Shown: positions 1-10,637, counted from the first letter of the stretch. The stretch: DNA of 64,000 bases from an uncultured marine group I thaumarchaeote (GCA_902608175.1 CACLNC010000001.1:1795-65794), one strand, 5' to 3'. A program made the numbers and translations. Notes: a model not told the origin generated them from the letters alone.

Positions 1-1146
1 CAATCCCCTGAATCTAGCAAGAATCTTCCTCCAGGATTACAACTTGAAAATGTTGATGATCGTATTATGACACTAAATGTTGGTCCTCAACATCCTGGCT
101 CTGGACATATGAGGCTGATCATAAAAGTTGATGGTGATTATATTGTAAACTGTGATCCAGATCCTGGTTATGTTCATCGTGGAGAAGAAAAGATGGCAGA
201 ATACAGAAACTACATTACTAACATTCCTCACCTTGAAAGACCAGTAATTCATGACTCTTGTAACATTCTTTATCCATATTGTCTTGGTATTGAGGAGTTA
301 GTTGGAATTGAAGTTCCTGAACGTGCAAAATATCTAAGAGTAATTGCAGCAGAACTCAACCGTTGTGTATATACACAATATTGGCTTGCGATTTATGGAA
401 TATTTCTCGGTCATTCTACGATGTTTATGTGGCCAGCTGGGGATCGTGAACTCCTCATTGATCTTTTAGAAAAAATGTCTGGTGCACGTGTCACACATGC
501 ATATTTTGTACCTGGTGGCATTAGAAATGATGTACCGGCAAACTTTGAAGATGTATGTCTTAGACAAGTTAACTATTTTGAAAAACGCATTAAAGAATAT
601 GCTGGTATATTTTATGATAATCCAATTTTAATTGCACGTACTAAAGATACTGGTGTCTTATCACGTGAAGATGCAATTAGATTAGGTACAACTGGTTCTG
701 TATTACGTGCTAGTGGTGTTGACTTTGATATTAGAAAGAAAGAACCTTACGATGTTTATGATGAACTTGATGTTCACTCAAATGTTATGAAAGCGGGTGA
801 TTCTTATGCACGTTCAAAAGTTCCATGGCTTGATATGCTTGAAAGCTGTAACATTATTAGACAAGCATTAGAAAAAATGCCAAAATCTGGTGGAGTACGA
901 ACTAAATTAAAACCAAATCCAAAGGGTGGAGATGATGAAGTTTATCGAAGGGTGGAATCAGGACGAGGTTCACTTGGAATGCACATAGTTTCTGATAAGA
1001 AACCACAACCATATCGTCTTAAGATTAGTGTTGGATCATTTAGAAATCTCATTGCAATGCCATATCTTCTCAAAGGTGAAAAACTTGGTAATATGCCTGC
1101 AGTTTATTGGAGTTTAAACTACTGGCCAGTGGAGGCAGATAGATAA
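1..1146 (+). CDS. nuoD: NADH-quinone oxidoreductase subunit D (5' end probably outside window)
   Basis: GPQHP, GYVHRG and GSxLRASG motifs; frame is open from position 1 (QSPESSKNLPPGLQLENVDDRI-M67). Confidence 0.93.
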   Translation, partial: QSPESSKNLPPGLQLENVDDRIMTLNVGPQHPGSGHMRLIIKVDGDYIVNCDPDPGYVHRGEEKMAEYRNYITNIPHLERPVIHDSCNILYPYCLGIEELVGIEVPERAKYLRVIAAELNRCVYTQYWLAIYGIFLGHSTMFMWPAGDRELLIDLLEKMSGARVTHAYFVPGGIRNDVPANFEDVCLRQVNYFEKRIKEYAGIFYDNPILIARTKDTGVLSREDAIRLGTTGSVLRASGVDFDIRKKEPYDVYDELDVHSNVMKAGDSYARSKVPWLDMLESCNIIRQALEKMPKSGGVRTKLKPNPKGGDDEVYRRVESGRGSLGMHIVSDKKPQPYRLKISVGSFRNLIAMPYLLKGEKLGNMPAVYWSLNYWPVEADR

Positions 1147-2489
1147 TGTCAGTAATTGCACCAAAATTTAGACTGGGTTATTTTCTTAAAGGAATAATTG
1201 ATAACGCACTTTGGATAATAGTTCTTGTTACTTTAATCGTTGTTCCATTAATCCAGGTATTATTAATTTACATAAATCTACCAGTGGTGGATGGAGAACT
1301 TTTAACACCGTTCTTAGCTTTCACATTGATTTTCCATCCGGAATTAGCTGTTCCACTTGTTGAGGCAATTATTAGGTCTGATCTATTTCATATTGCAGCA
1401 TTCCCTGGATTTGGTTTTGCTGCTCTAATGGCGGCTGCTGTAATCTTTGTTGAGAGAAAAATGCTTGCAAAATTACAACTAAGGGTTGGTCCATTTTACT
1501 GTGGAAAAATTGAAGGAATATTTCAGTTAATTGCTGATGGAATAAAATTAGTCTCAAAAGAAATTATTATACCAGATAAGGCAGACAAACCAATCTTTTG
1601 GGTTGCGCCATTATTGTTTGTTGGTGCAGCTGCTGCATTTGTGGCTTTAATTCCAGTAGCACCTGGCGGAGAAGAGTTTGATAATATGCCATGGGTAGTT
1701 GCAGATTTAGACGTTGGATTAATAGCGGTATTTGCAGTAATTGGATTTTTCCCAATCATTACAGTATTGTCAGCTTGGTCTTCTAACAGCAAATATCCAT
1801 TCATTGGTGGAATTAGGGCGTTGCATCAAATGGTATCATTTGAAATACCATTGATTTTGTCGTTACTTGGAGTAGTAATTCTCACTGGAACATTAAATCT
1901 GAATGAGATTGTTCAAAGTCAGACTAGCTTTCCATGGATATTATTTTTGCCGGTTGGCGCAATAGTTTTCTTCATTGCAATGTTAGCTGAACTTGAAAGA
2001 ATTCCATTTGATCTTCCTGAAGCAGAAAGCGAAATTGTAGCAGGTTGGTTAACTGAATTTTCAGGTATGATGTATGGTCTAGTTCAACTTGGTTCATACG
2101 TTAAACTTTATGCATTTGCTGCATTGTTTGTAACAATATTTCTTGCTGGATATAATGGGCCATCGATTTATCCTGATTTTCCACAGGACATAATTGATGA
2201 TGGAATTATAATTCCTGGAATGACAGGTCCTCTGTTAACGGTAAAACCATTCACAGATGGTACTGCTGTATTAGATCAAGAAATGATTAATGGATTAATC
2301 TGGTTTGTTCTGAAAACTGCCGCTGTTATCTTCTTTATCTTGCTGATCCGTGGTGTTTTTCCAAGAGTAAGAATTGATATGCTATTACATATTGGTTGGT
2401 ACAAATTAATCGGTCTTGCATTTGTAAACATCTTCATAGCGCTAGGGTTGCTATATTCTGGCATACTAGCTCCGGCAGGTGCATTCTAA
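1146..2489 (+). CDS. nuoH: NADH-quinone oxidoreductase subunit H
   Basis: ERKxxAxxQxRxGP and RIPFDLPEAESEIVAG motifs; multi-TM. Confidence 0.95.
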   Translation: MSVIAPKFRLGYFLKGIIDNALWIIVLVTLIVVPLIQVLLIYINLPVVDGELLTPFLAFTLIFHPELAVPLVEAIIRSDLFHIAAFPGFGFAALMAAAVIFVERKMLAKLQLRVGPFYCGKIEGIFQLIADGIKLVSKEIIIPDKADKPIFWVAPLLFVGAAAAFVALIPVAPGGEEFDNMPWVVADLDVGLIAVFAVIGFFPIITVLSAWSSNSKYPFIGGIRALHQMVSFEIPLILSLLGVVILTGTLNLNEIVQSQTSFPWILFLPVGAIVFFIAMLAELERIPFDLPEAESEIVAGWLTEFSGMMYGLVQLGSYVKLYAFAALFVTIFLAGYNGPSIYPDFPQDIIDDGIIIPGMTGPLLTVKPFTDGTAVLDQEMINGLIWFVLKTAAVIFFILLIRGVFPRVRIDMLLHIGWYKLIGLAFVNIFIALGLLYSGILAPAGAF

Positions 2490-2986
2490 TGGGAACAGCG
2501 ACAGGAATTATCAGAGCATTAAATTCTGGTATTAAGCATATTGCAGTTAAGCGATTTACTTTACGATATCCAGAACAAAAATTGAAATTCGTAGGGGATG
2601 GGTATCAGTACGATCCAACGAGTGGTGTTGGTATTGCTGGATACAAAGGGCGACATATATTATTCCATGACAAATGTACTGGATGTAATCTTTGTTCTAT
2701 TGCATGTGAAGGCATAGCAGAAGCAATTGCAATGCCTAAGGTTCAGAATACATGGAAACAGAATAAAAAATCAATCATGCCACAAATTGATTATGGAAAA
2801 TGTGTTTTTTGTGGACTTTGTGTTGATGCATGTCCATTTTATGCATTATACATGACAAATGATTACGAACTATCATCATTTACAAAAGAGGGTTTAATCT
2901 ATACACCAGAACAACTTGCGGTAAAACCACAAGTTCAACAAGATTCTGAAATAATTATCGATAAACGCGGTGCACGACATGGCTGA
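2489..2986 (+). CDS. nuoI: NADH-quinone oxidoreductase subunit I (2x[4Fe-4S])
   Basis: Two CxxCxxCxxxC motifs; ATG at 2489 overlaps the nuoH stop (TAATG). Confidence 0.93.
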   Translation: MGTATGIIRALNSGIKHIAVKRFTLRYPEQKLKFVGDGYQYDPTSGVGIAGYKGRHILFHDKCTGCNLCSIACEGIAEAIAMPKVQNTWKQNKKSIMPQIDYGKCVFCGLCVDACPFYALYMTNDYELSSFTKEGLIYTPEQLAVKPQVQQDSEIIIDKRGARHG

Positions 2987-3482
2987 TGCGTTATTTCTTG
3001 GTATAGCTGTTTTAACCATTGGTGGTGCAATAGCAGCGCTTGAGCTTCGTTCATTGATTTATGGCTCTATTGCATTGATGGGAATGTTAGGTGGAATTGC
3101 TGGATTTTTTGTTATGTTAGATTCTCCTTTTGTTGCAATGTTCCAAATTGCAGTTTATGTTGGTTCTATTGCAGTTCTAATTCTATTTACTGTGATGCTT
3201 GTAAAAAGAGAATTAATTTTCAAAAAAATTGAAGACCCGCGAAGAAAATTTGCTGGAATTGGTTTGATGCTGATCACAATGGTTGCGGTTGGTGCAGTTA
3301 TTCTAGACTCAGGAATTCACACTATTACAACTGGAGAAGACCCAGTAGATTTTAGAGATATTGGAGTAGACTTTCTAACATATTATTGGCCTGCTTTAAT
3401 CTTGATGGCATTTATCTTAGCAGGATCAGTCATGGGAGCACTTGTCTTAGCAAGAAGGGAGGATTTTGTAGAAAATGAGTAA
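2979..3482 (+). CDS. nuoJ: NADH-quinone oxidoreductase subunit J
   Basis: QIAVYVGSIAVLILF motif; operon position. Confidence 0.93.
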   Translation: MADALFLGIAVLTIGGAIAALELRSLIYGSIALMGMLGGIAGFFVMLDSPFVAMFQIAVYVGSIAVLILFTVMLVKRELIFKKIEDPRRKFAGIGLMLITMVAVGAVILDSGIHTITTGEDPVDFRDIGVDFLTYYWPALILMAFILAGSVMGALVLARREDFVENE

Positions 3483-3780
3483 TGAATTAATTGAATTTGT
3501 ACTTGTTTCTGTTGCATTACTAGGAATTGGAATATACGGTTTATCTGTTAAAAGAAATGCAATAAGAATGCTTTTTGCAGTTGAAATTATTGTTAATGCT
3601 GCAAATCTTAATCTTATAGCATTTGCTAGGTTCATGCCACATAGTGGTGGACAAACATTTGCTCTTTTCTCAATAGCAATAGCTGCTGCAGAAGTAGCTA
3701 TCGGTCTCGCATTGATAATAGTTGCATATAGAATGTATCAGAATGTTGACATTGCAGACTTTAGGAGCTTGAAGGGGTAA
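3475..3780 (+). CDS. nuoK: NADH-quinone oxidoreductase subunit K
   Basis: AAAEVAIGLA motif, 101 aa, 3 TM. Confidence 0.94.
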   Translation: MSNELIEFVLVSVALLGIGIYGLSVKRNAIRMLFAVEIIVNAANLNLIAFARFMPHSGGQTFALFSIAIAAAEVAIGLALIIVAYRMYQNVDIADFRSLKG

Positions 3781-5336
3781 TGGAGTATGCATTACTACAG
3801 GCAGTATTTCTGCCACTACTCTTATCCCCACTCGCTTACTATATTGGAAGAGTAAAAGGTCCAACTTATGCCACTTGGTTTACTTTTGGAATTCTTCTTT
3901 ATTGTACAATACTTGTGATTAACGCATCACTTGGTGGAACATACGAAGAACATTATCCATGGACTGATCTTTTTGGTGAGTTTGGATTCTTGTTGGATGG
4001 ATTAGCAAGTCCATTTGCTATTATGATCTATGTTTTGTGTACTATACTTGCATTATACTCAAAACCTTACATGGTTCACAAATTTGAAGAGGTATACAAG
4101 CAAATCCATAACATAAAGGAAGATGAATCTGATGGACAGTCAACTGCTTTACTAGAATCATCTGGTCTCAAAACTTATGTTAACAATCAATCTGGTTTGT
4201 ACTTTGCAATGTTCTTGGTTTTTTCAATGGGAATGCTTGGAACAGTTCTTTCTACCAACCTAATTGAATTTTATATCTTTTTTGAGGTAATGCTAATTCC
4301 TTCTTTCTTCTTAATTGCTTGGTATGGTGATGGACCAAAACGAAGAATTGCATTAATGTTCTTCTTTTGGACACATGTTGGCGCAGTTATTCTATTGTTG
4401 GGGTTCTTATCAATTGGGCTAACTATTGGTAGTTTCGACTTTGCAGATATAGATGAAACCGGAATTCCGTCTGATGTTGTTATCATTGCTGCTGTTGCAA
4501 TTATCATTGGATTAGGCGTAAAATTAGCTGCTTTTGGATTTCATATATGGTTGCCATGGGCACACGGCGCAGCACCGACGCCAATAAGTGCACTTCTTTC
4601 TCCAGCGATGATCGGAATTGGTGCTTATGGACTCTTTAGATTAATCGTAGAATTATTACCACAAGCATATGCTGATCTATCTATCTGGCTCAACTTTTGG
4701 GGAATTGCAACAATGTTCTATGGTGGAGCAATGGCTTTGATGCAAGATGACATTAAACGCGTTTTTGCATATTCTAGTGTAAGTCAGATGGGATACGTTT
4801 TGTTTGGAATTGGTTCCCTTTCAGCATATGGACTTGCTGGAGCAGAATTGATGTACGTTACACATGCTCTTGGAAAGGGCCTTCTCTTCATGACAGCTGG
4901 AATTTTAATTGTTCAAGTAGGTACTAGACAACTTTCAAAACTTGGAGGTCTTGCTTCCAAGTTACCAATAACAGCTGTTTGTGCAGTTATTGGTGCATTA
5001 ACAATAATGGGAGTTCCTCCAACTAGTGGATTTATGGGAGAATGGATGTTATTTTATGGTGCATTTGAAACTGCAGTTGAAGAAGGTAATGATTGGAGAA
5101 TGCTGGCATTTGCTTTAGGTTTAATTTCAACTGTCTTAACAATGTCATACATTCTTTGGATGCTTAAACGCGTCTTCTTTGGAAAGATTCCAGAAAATCT
5201 TACACATGTGAAGGATGGTAGTTGGTATATGCTAGCACCGATGATGGTTCTAGCTGGATTTACAATTGTACTTGGTATCTATCCTGACATCTTCTTACAA
5301 AAAATAATGCCTTACATGAATGGGTTGGGTCTTTAG
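3780..5336 (+). CDS. nuoM: NADH-quinone oxidoreductase subunit M
   Basis: Antiporter-like subunit; FYIFFE and HIWLPWAHGAAPTP motifs. Confidence 0.92.
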   Translation: MEYALLQAVFLPLLLSPLAYYIGRVKGPTYATWFTFGILLYCTILVINASLGGTYEEHYPWTDLFGEFGFLLDGLASPFAIMIYVLCTILALYSKPYMVHKFEEVYKQIHNIKEDESDGQSTALLESSGLKTYVNNQSGLYFAMFLVFSMGMLGTVLSTNLIEFYIFFEVMLIPSFFLIAWYGDGPKRRIALMFFFWTHVGAVILLLGFLSIGLTIGSFDFADIDETGIPSDVVIIAAVAIIIGLGVKLAAFGFHIWLPWAHGAAPTPISALLSPAMIGIGAYGLFRLIVELLPQAYADLSIWLNFWGIATMFYGGAMALMQDDIKRVFAYSSVSQMGYVLFGIGSLSAYGLAGAELMYVTHALGKGLLFMTAGILIVQVGTRQLSKLGGLASKLPITAVCAVIGALTIMGVPPTSGFMGEWMLFYGAFETAVEEGNDWRMLAFALGLISTVLTMSYILWMLKRVFFGKIPENLTHVKDGSWYMLAPMMVLAGFTIVLGIYPDIFLQKIMPYMNGLGL

Positions 5337-7424
5337 ATGGTGTCGATAGATACTGTAGCATCTGATCCAAACGGAATTTATGTTTGGTTAATTTGGCTTC
5401 TACCATTCATTGGTGCACTAATAATTCCAGGAGTTGTAAGAATTTCTAAATATGTTCCTGGTCTTACAACTGGCAGAGTTGCAATAGCATTTGCTGCAAT
5501 GAGCGCAGTTTCGGCTGGCTCGCTCTTTTTAGGTGCACTTGATGGGATTGAAATTCATGATCAAATCACGTGGATATCTGCACTAGGTCTTAAGGCTGGA
5601 GTACTTGCTGATCCACTTTCAATAATAATGGCAAATGTTGTAGGCTGGATTTCCTTCCTGATTATTTGTTATAGTACTGGATACATGAAAGGTGACAAGG
5701 ACATAACCAGATTTTGGTTCTGGATGATGTTTTTCATAGGTTCAATGCAGCTAATTGTGCTTTCTGATAATCTTTTGCAGATCTTCTTTGGATGGGAAGG
5801 AGTAGGTTTGGCATCATATGCCTTAATTAGTTTCTGGTATCGTGACAAGGCAAAAGATCACGTTGGAAAAGAAGGAAGAACCGCTCTTGGAATAATGGAA
5901 TATTATTCACCAACACATTCCGGCATGAAGGCTTTCATCATGACTAAAGTTGGTGATATAATGATGCTTGCTGGAATGTTTATGATTTTTGCATTTGCTG
6001 GTACTTTTGGATTAAAGGAATTACTCTATGAAACATCTTGGGCGGTTGAAATGTCTGCTCAAAGTTTGCTTGTACCAGCTGCAGTTTTACTTTTTGGTGG
6101 TGCAGTTGGAAAATCAGCTCAGTTCCCACTAAACGAATGGTTACTAGAAGCAATGACAGGACCAACTGCGGTTTCAGCTCTTATTCACGCTGCTACAATG
6201 GTAAAGGCTGGTGTATTCTTGGTTGCGCGACTTGGACCATTATTCTTTGCACTTGGTGCTGCTGGAATTATGGCAGATCAGTTCTTTGAGATCATTGCAT
6301 GGGTTGGTGCAATCACTGCACTTTTGTTAGCTACACAGGGAATGGTCAATCCAGAAATTAAGAAAGTTTTAGCATATTCTACTGGATCACAAATTGGTTA
6401 TATGATGATGGCACTTGGTGTTGCTGGTCTGTCAACACAATATGTTGATGGTTATACAGCTGGATTCTTCCATTTAATATCTCACGCAATGTTCAAAGCT
6501 TCTTTGTTTATGGCTGCAGGATCTTTGTTACATGTTGTTGGTTCACGTTTCATGACGGATATGGGTGGTTTGAGGAAACAAATGAGGAAAACATACGCGT
6601 TCATGTGGGCTGCGGGTCTAGCATTGATGGGGGCGCCATTCATAACAACTGGATTCTGGAGCAAGGATGCAATTTTTGCTGCAGTATACGAATCAGGAAG
6701 TGGTTGGGCATTACCAATTTTCATAATTGCAGTTTTAACAGCTGTCATTACAGCATTTTACACAACAAGAATGATAGGAATGGTATTCTTTGGAAAGAAT
6801 AGTAAGCATATTGAAAAGATGGAAAGTGAAGGTCATCACATTCATGAGGCACCACTTTCAATGTGGATTCCATATGGAATTCTTGCAGTACTAACCATAG
6901 GAATTGGTGTAATTGGTCTCTCAGCTGAGGAAGGAATTCATCATCTATTTACTGACTATCTTGAGGAGTCATTTGGAATTCATACACCACATATTGATCT
7001 AGAACACTCAGAAACATTGGGCTTTTTGTCAGGTCTTAATCCGGTAGCTCTTGGTTCATCACTAGTTGCATTTTCTGTTGGTTTCGGATTAGGTTATATC
7101 TTTTACATAGGACGTTGGATTGATCCTGCCAAGTTTATCAATTCAAATATTTTCTTTTACGCTTTACACAAACTAATTCTCAATAGATATTATCTTAACT
7201 CAATGATCTATTGGAGCTTTGTAATAGCACCATTATGGCTTGCACGTGGTCTGTATAGATACTTTGAGAGAACTGCAATTGACACTGGAATGAACATTGG
7301 ATTTGAGCGCGCAATAGGATGGGGTGCAAAGGTTGTTCAGGGAACTCAGACTGGTGTTGCACAGTCTTATCTTTACGTATTTGGAGCTGGAGTACTATTC
7401 GTAGTCCTGATATTATTCATTTAG
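5337..7424 (+). CDS. nuoL: NADH-quinone oxidoreductase subunit L
   Basis: GKSAQFPL..WL..AMxGPTxVSALIHAATMV motif. Confidence 0.95.
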   Translation: MVSIDTVASDPNGIYVWLIWLLPFIGALIIPGVVRISKYVPGLTTGRVAIAFAAMSAVSAGSLFLGALDGIEIHDQITWISALGLKAGVLADPLSIIMANVVGWISFLIICYSTGYMKGDKDITRFWFWMMFFIGSMQLIVLSDNLLQIFFGWEGVGLASYALISFWYRDKAKDHVGKEGRTALGIMEYYSPTHSGMKAFIMTKVGDIMMLAGMFMIFAFAGTFGLKELLYETSWAVEMSAQSLLVPAAVLLFGGAVGKSAQFPLNEWLLEAMTGPTAVSALIHAATMVKAGVFLVARLGPLFFALGAAGIMADQFFEIIAWVGAITALLLATQGMVNPEIKKVLAYSTGSQIGYMMMALGVAGLSTQYVDGYTAGFFHLISHAMFKASLFMAAGSLLHVVGSRFMTDMGGLRKQMRKTYAFMWAAGLALMGAPFITTGFWSKDAIFAAVYESGSGWALPIFIIAVLTAVITAFYTTRMIGMVFFGKNSKHIEKMESEGHHIHEAPLSMWIPYGILAVLTIGIGVIGLSAEEGIHHLFTDYLEESFGIHTPHIDLEHSETLGFLSGLNPVALGSSLVAFSVGFGLGYIFYIGRWIDPAKFINSNIFFYALHKLILNRYYLNSMIYWSFVIAPLWLARGLYRYFERTAIDTGMNIGFERAIGWGAKVVQGTQTGVAQSYLYVFGAGVLFVVLILFI

Positions 7425-7434
7425 GTGATATGAA

Positions 7435-8919
7435 TTGATAGAGATAACATCCACACCAATAATTTTGATGGCAATTCTAGGAGTTGTTGGAATGATAATT
7501 CCAATAATTAGTATTGCAAGAAAAGAACGTGGTAGTGTTACATTTTATGCGGCAATTGCTTTTGCTGCGTTATTTATTTCACTAGTATTTGTTTTGTCAC
7601 AAGTCTGGTCTGAGAATATTTCACCTGCTGCAATATTTTCTGATGATGTGCTTGTTGATGATACATTTGGCTCTCTATTTGCGATCGCAATGTTGATAGT
7701 GTCAATCTTCACGGTAATTGGCTCATTAAATTATATACGTAAACAGGCAAACCCCGCAATTTACTTCTCACTGATCTTACTATCATCAATAGGAATGGTC
7801 TTGGTTGCATATTCAACCGATCTTGTAATGCTTTTTGTTGCTTGGGAATTGATGAGTCTCCCGACTTACATTCTTGCTGGATTTGCTAAAAAGAATCCTG
7901 CATCAAATGAAGCTGCACTAAAGTACTTTTTGTTTGGAGCATTATCTTCTGCAATAATCATTTACGGAATATCCCTTGCATATGGTGTAACTGGTAGTAC
8001 AAACATAGGTGAAGTAATTCAAGGATTTGCAACTGCTGATGCAAGCTTAATGCCATTAGCATTACTTTCAGTGGGACTATTTATTGCAGGATTTGGATTC
8101 AAGATGGGTTTAGTTCCATTCCACATGTGGCTTCCTGATACTTATGAAGGGGCTCCGACACCAATCACTACGTTATTAGCTGCAGGAACGAAAAAGGCTG
8201 GTTTTGCAGCTGCACTTCGAATAATTGTAATGGGTGCTGTTGCGTTGAATCTTGATTGGACTGCTGCTTTAGGTGTAATTGCAGTAATGACAATGATTGT
8301 TGGAAACATTGCCGCAATAATGCAAAAAAATCTCACAAGAATGCTAGCATACTCTAGTATCGGTCATGCTGGTTACATTTTGATTGGTCTTGCTATTGCA
8401 CCTTATACTTCTCTCGGAATTCAAGGATCATTGTTACATATTCTTAATCACGCAGTTATGAAAGGCGCTGCTTTCATAGCCGCAACTGGAATTATTATTG
8501 TATTGGCTACAACCCATCTTGATAAGATCAAAGGTCTTGGACGTAGAATGCCGATTACGTCATTGGGACTTGTCATTTCTTTATTTGCATTAGCCGGAAT
8601 TCCTCCATTGAATGGATTTTGGAGTAAACTAATCTTATTTGGTGCTGCTATAGACTCTGGTTCTGTAATTTGGTGGGGACCATGGTTAGCAATTGCAGGA
8701 GTTCTTACAAGTGCATTATCATTAGCTTACTATGGTTGGATTACTAGAAAAATGTACTTTGAAGGAGAAAAAGAAAAACGAGTCAAAGAACCTAAATCAA
8801 TAATAGCAGTAATGATATTTGCTATAATCTTCATTGTAGGATTTGGTGTTTACCCAGAACCATTAATACATTTTGCAGAAACTGCAGTGCCAGCATTAAA
8901 CAGCGGTCTTATTCCTTAA
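7435..8919 (+). CDS. nuoN: NADH-quinone oxidoreductase subunit N
   Basis: EAALKYF and FKxxxVPFHMWLPDxYEGAP motifs. Confidence 0.94.
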   Translation: MIEITSTPIILMAILGVVGMIIPIISIARKERGSVTFYAAIAFAALFISLVFVLSQVWSENISPAAIFSDDVLVDDTFGSLFAIAMLIVSIFTVIGSLNYIRKQANPAIYFSLILLSSIGMVLVAYSTDLVMLFVAWELMSLPTYILAGFAKKNPASNEAALKYFLFGALSSAIIIYGISLAYGVTGSTNIGEVIQGFATADASLMPLALLSVGLFIAGFGFKMGLVPFHMWLPDTYEGAPTPITTLLAAGTKKAGFAAALRIIVMGAVALNLDWTAALGVIAVMTMIVGNIAAIMQKNLTRMLAYSSIGHAGYILIGLAIAPYTSLGIQGSLLHILNHAVMKGAAFIAATGIIIVLATTHLDKIKGLGRRMPITSLGLVISLFALAGIPPLNGFWSKLILFGAAIDSGSVIWWGPWLAIAGVLTSALSLAYYGWITRKMYFEGEKEKRVKEPKSIIAVMIFAIIFIVGFGVYPEPLIHFAETAVPALNSGLIP

Positions 8920-9775
8920 AACTTGTAAATTTTACTAATTCTTCCAAAACAGATTTAGATTCAGACTCATCTAATTTTCGAAGGTTCGAGAGTGCATCTT
9001 CTGAATATTTTTTCAATAAAAATTCCATTTTATTAAAAACATCTCTTGGGTCAGAACTTTTCTTTACTAAAAGATTGAATAGTTTATCTTCATTTTTCCA
9101 ATCAATTAAATCATCACGTATTTGATATGCAATTCCTATATTTTTTCCATATTCTGATAAGCCCTGAATCTGCTCCTCTGAACCATTTCCAATTATGCCA
9201 CCTAGTCTTGCCGCTACGTCAAACGCAGCTGCAGTTTTGTATTCCATAACTTTGATGTAATCATCAAAAGTAACGTCATCACTTTCTTCTAAAATTCCTT
9301 CAAGTTTCTCACCTTCACTCATTAACATAGCAGCTGTCGCCAAGTCTTTTGTAATTCGTGGATTGTTTAGTCTCGATGAGATATTAAGAATCAGTCCTAA
9401 AACAAAATCACCAGTAAGAATACTAGTGTTATAACCATATTTGATATGAAATGGTTCCTTTCTTCTTCGCATAGTTTCATTATCAATAATGTCATCATGT
9501 ATTACTGATTCTGTATGAAGAAATTCAACTGCACATGCAGCTGAATATGCATTTTCATCAGCAGAACCAACAGATTGCGCAGCAAAAATAAGAATAAGTG
9601 GTCTAATTCTTTTCCCACCTTGAATTGCAAATTTTAATGGTTCCTTGAATTCTGACTCAGAATAAAGTTCAAGCTCAGTTTCTATAGCATTATCAATTTT
9701 TTTGATATAGTCACCACAAATCATTTGTAAAGGATTTACCTCAATATTTTTTCTGTCCAAAATTTTCACTAACAC
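8909..9775 (-). CDS. Polyprenyl (geranylgeranyl) diphosphate synthase
   Basis: GGKRIRP, HDDIID (FARM) and QIRDDLID (SARM). Confidence 0.92.
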   Translation of the reverse strand: MLVKILDRKNIEVNPLQMICGDYIKKIDNAIETELELYSESEFKEPLKFAIQGGKRIRPLILIFAAQSVGSADENAYSAACAVEFLHTESVIHDDIIDNETMRRRKEPFHIKYGYNTSILTGDFVLGLILNISSRLNNPRITKDLATAAMLMSEGEKLEGILEESDDVTFDDYIKVMEYKTAAAFDVAARLGGIIGNGSEEQIQGLSEYGKNIGIAYQIRDDLIDWKNEDKLFNLLVKKSSDPRDVFNKMEFLLKKYSEDALSNLRKLDESESKSVLEELVKFTSFKE

Positions 9776-9803
9776 TATTTTTGAGAAATATATTAAACTT
9801 AAA

Positions 9804-9878
9804 TGCTCCCGTCGGGATTCGAACCCGAGTCTCAGGCGTGAAAGGCCTAAATGCTTGACCGGACTACACTACAGGAGC
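9804..9878 (-). tRNA. tRNA-Glu(TTC)
   Basis: Cloverleaf GCTCCTG...CGGGAGC-A; anticodon arm TAGGC-CT TTC AC-GCCTG; T-loop TTCGAAT. Confidence 0.96.
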
Positions 9879-9959
9879 TGATCTACTTGCAAGTTTTAAT
9901 CCATAAAACTTTTTGGAAGCTACAAAGGTTTTTTTAACTTCAATCATAGAATTAACTGT

Positions 9960-10595
9960 ATGACATCAATTATTCAAAAGATCGATCAAATTATTGAAGC
10001 GCGAAGCCTGTTAAAGCATCCATTTTATGAGATGTGGTCTGATGGAAAATTAGAATTTGATTCACTTGCTGGATATTCAAAGGAATATTTCCAATTGGTA
10101 AAACAGGTTCCTAAATTTATGGAGCCACTTGTAAATTCTGCTCCAGATGAAATGAAGGATGAACTAATCTCTAACATGAATGAAGAAATTGAGCATATTG
10201 AATTATGGCAAAAATTTGCTGGTGAAATGAATATCTCTGAGGGAGAGTTAGCAAATTATCATGGACTAAAAAAGACTAATGATGCTGTTTCTGGGCTTTC
10301 ATCACTCATGAATTCGCTAAGTCTTGGTGCGTGCGCAATGTATGCTTTTGAAAAAGAAATTCCAAAGATTAGTGAAATCAAGCTTCAAGGCCTCAAGGAA
10401 TTTTATGGCTTAGATAGTAATAATGCAACTGAATATTTTGAACAACATATGGAGGCTGATGTTAGACATTCTGCATCTTGGAGAAAAATTATTGAGCAAT
10501 CATATGAAAGCGAGCAAGAGATAATTCAGACTGCAACTAAATCTGTGTCTGCGCAGAATTTACTACTTGATAGTTGTTTTGAAGCATACTGTTAA
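9960..10595 (+). CDS. PqqC/TenA-fold heme-oxygenase-like diiron protein, CADD-like (putative pABA synthase)
   Basis: HPFY..W..G, EE..HIELW, YAFE and EQHMEADVRH motifs align by eye with Chlamydia CADD. Confidence 0.78.
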   Translation: MTSIIQKIDQIIEARSLLKHPFYEMWSDGKLEFDSLAGYSKEYFQLVKQVPKFMEPLVNSAPDEMKDELISNMNEEIEHIELWQKFAGEMNISEGELANYHGLKKTNDAVSGLSSLMNSLSLGACAMYAFEKEIPKISEIKLQGLKEFYGLDSNNATEYFEQHMEADVRHSASWRKIIEQSYESEQEIIQTATKSVSAQNLLLDSCFEAYC

Positions 10596-10637
10596 AATCA
10601 TATAACACTTTTTACTAAGAAAAAAATTAATTTTGCG

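Noticed and set aside
67-1146. NuoD as a [NiFe]-hydrogenase large subunit
   Set aside because: Both CxxC nickel-binding motifs are absent; context is complex I.
2396-2488. Long N-terminal extension of nuoI in the ORF track
   Set aside because: Overlaps nuoH by over 90 nt; the ATG at 2489 overlapping the nuoH stop is more plausible.
1372-8336. Short antisense or alternate-frame ORFs inside the nuo genes, and similar shadow ORFs across the window
   Set aside because: They lie within well-supported genes and have no motifs; expected by-products of codon bias.
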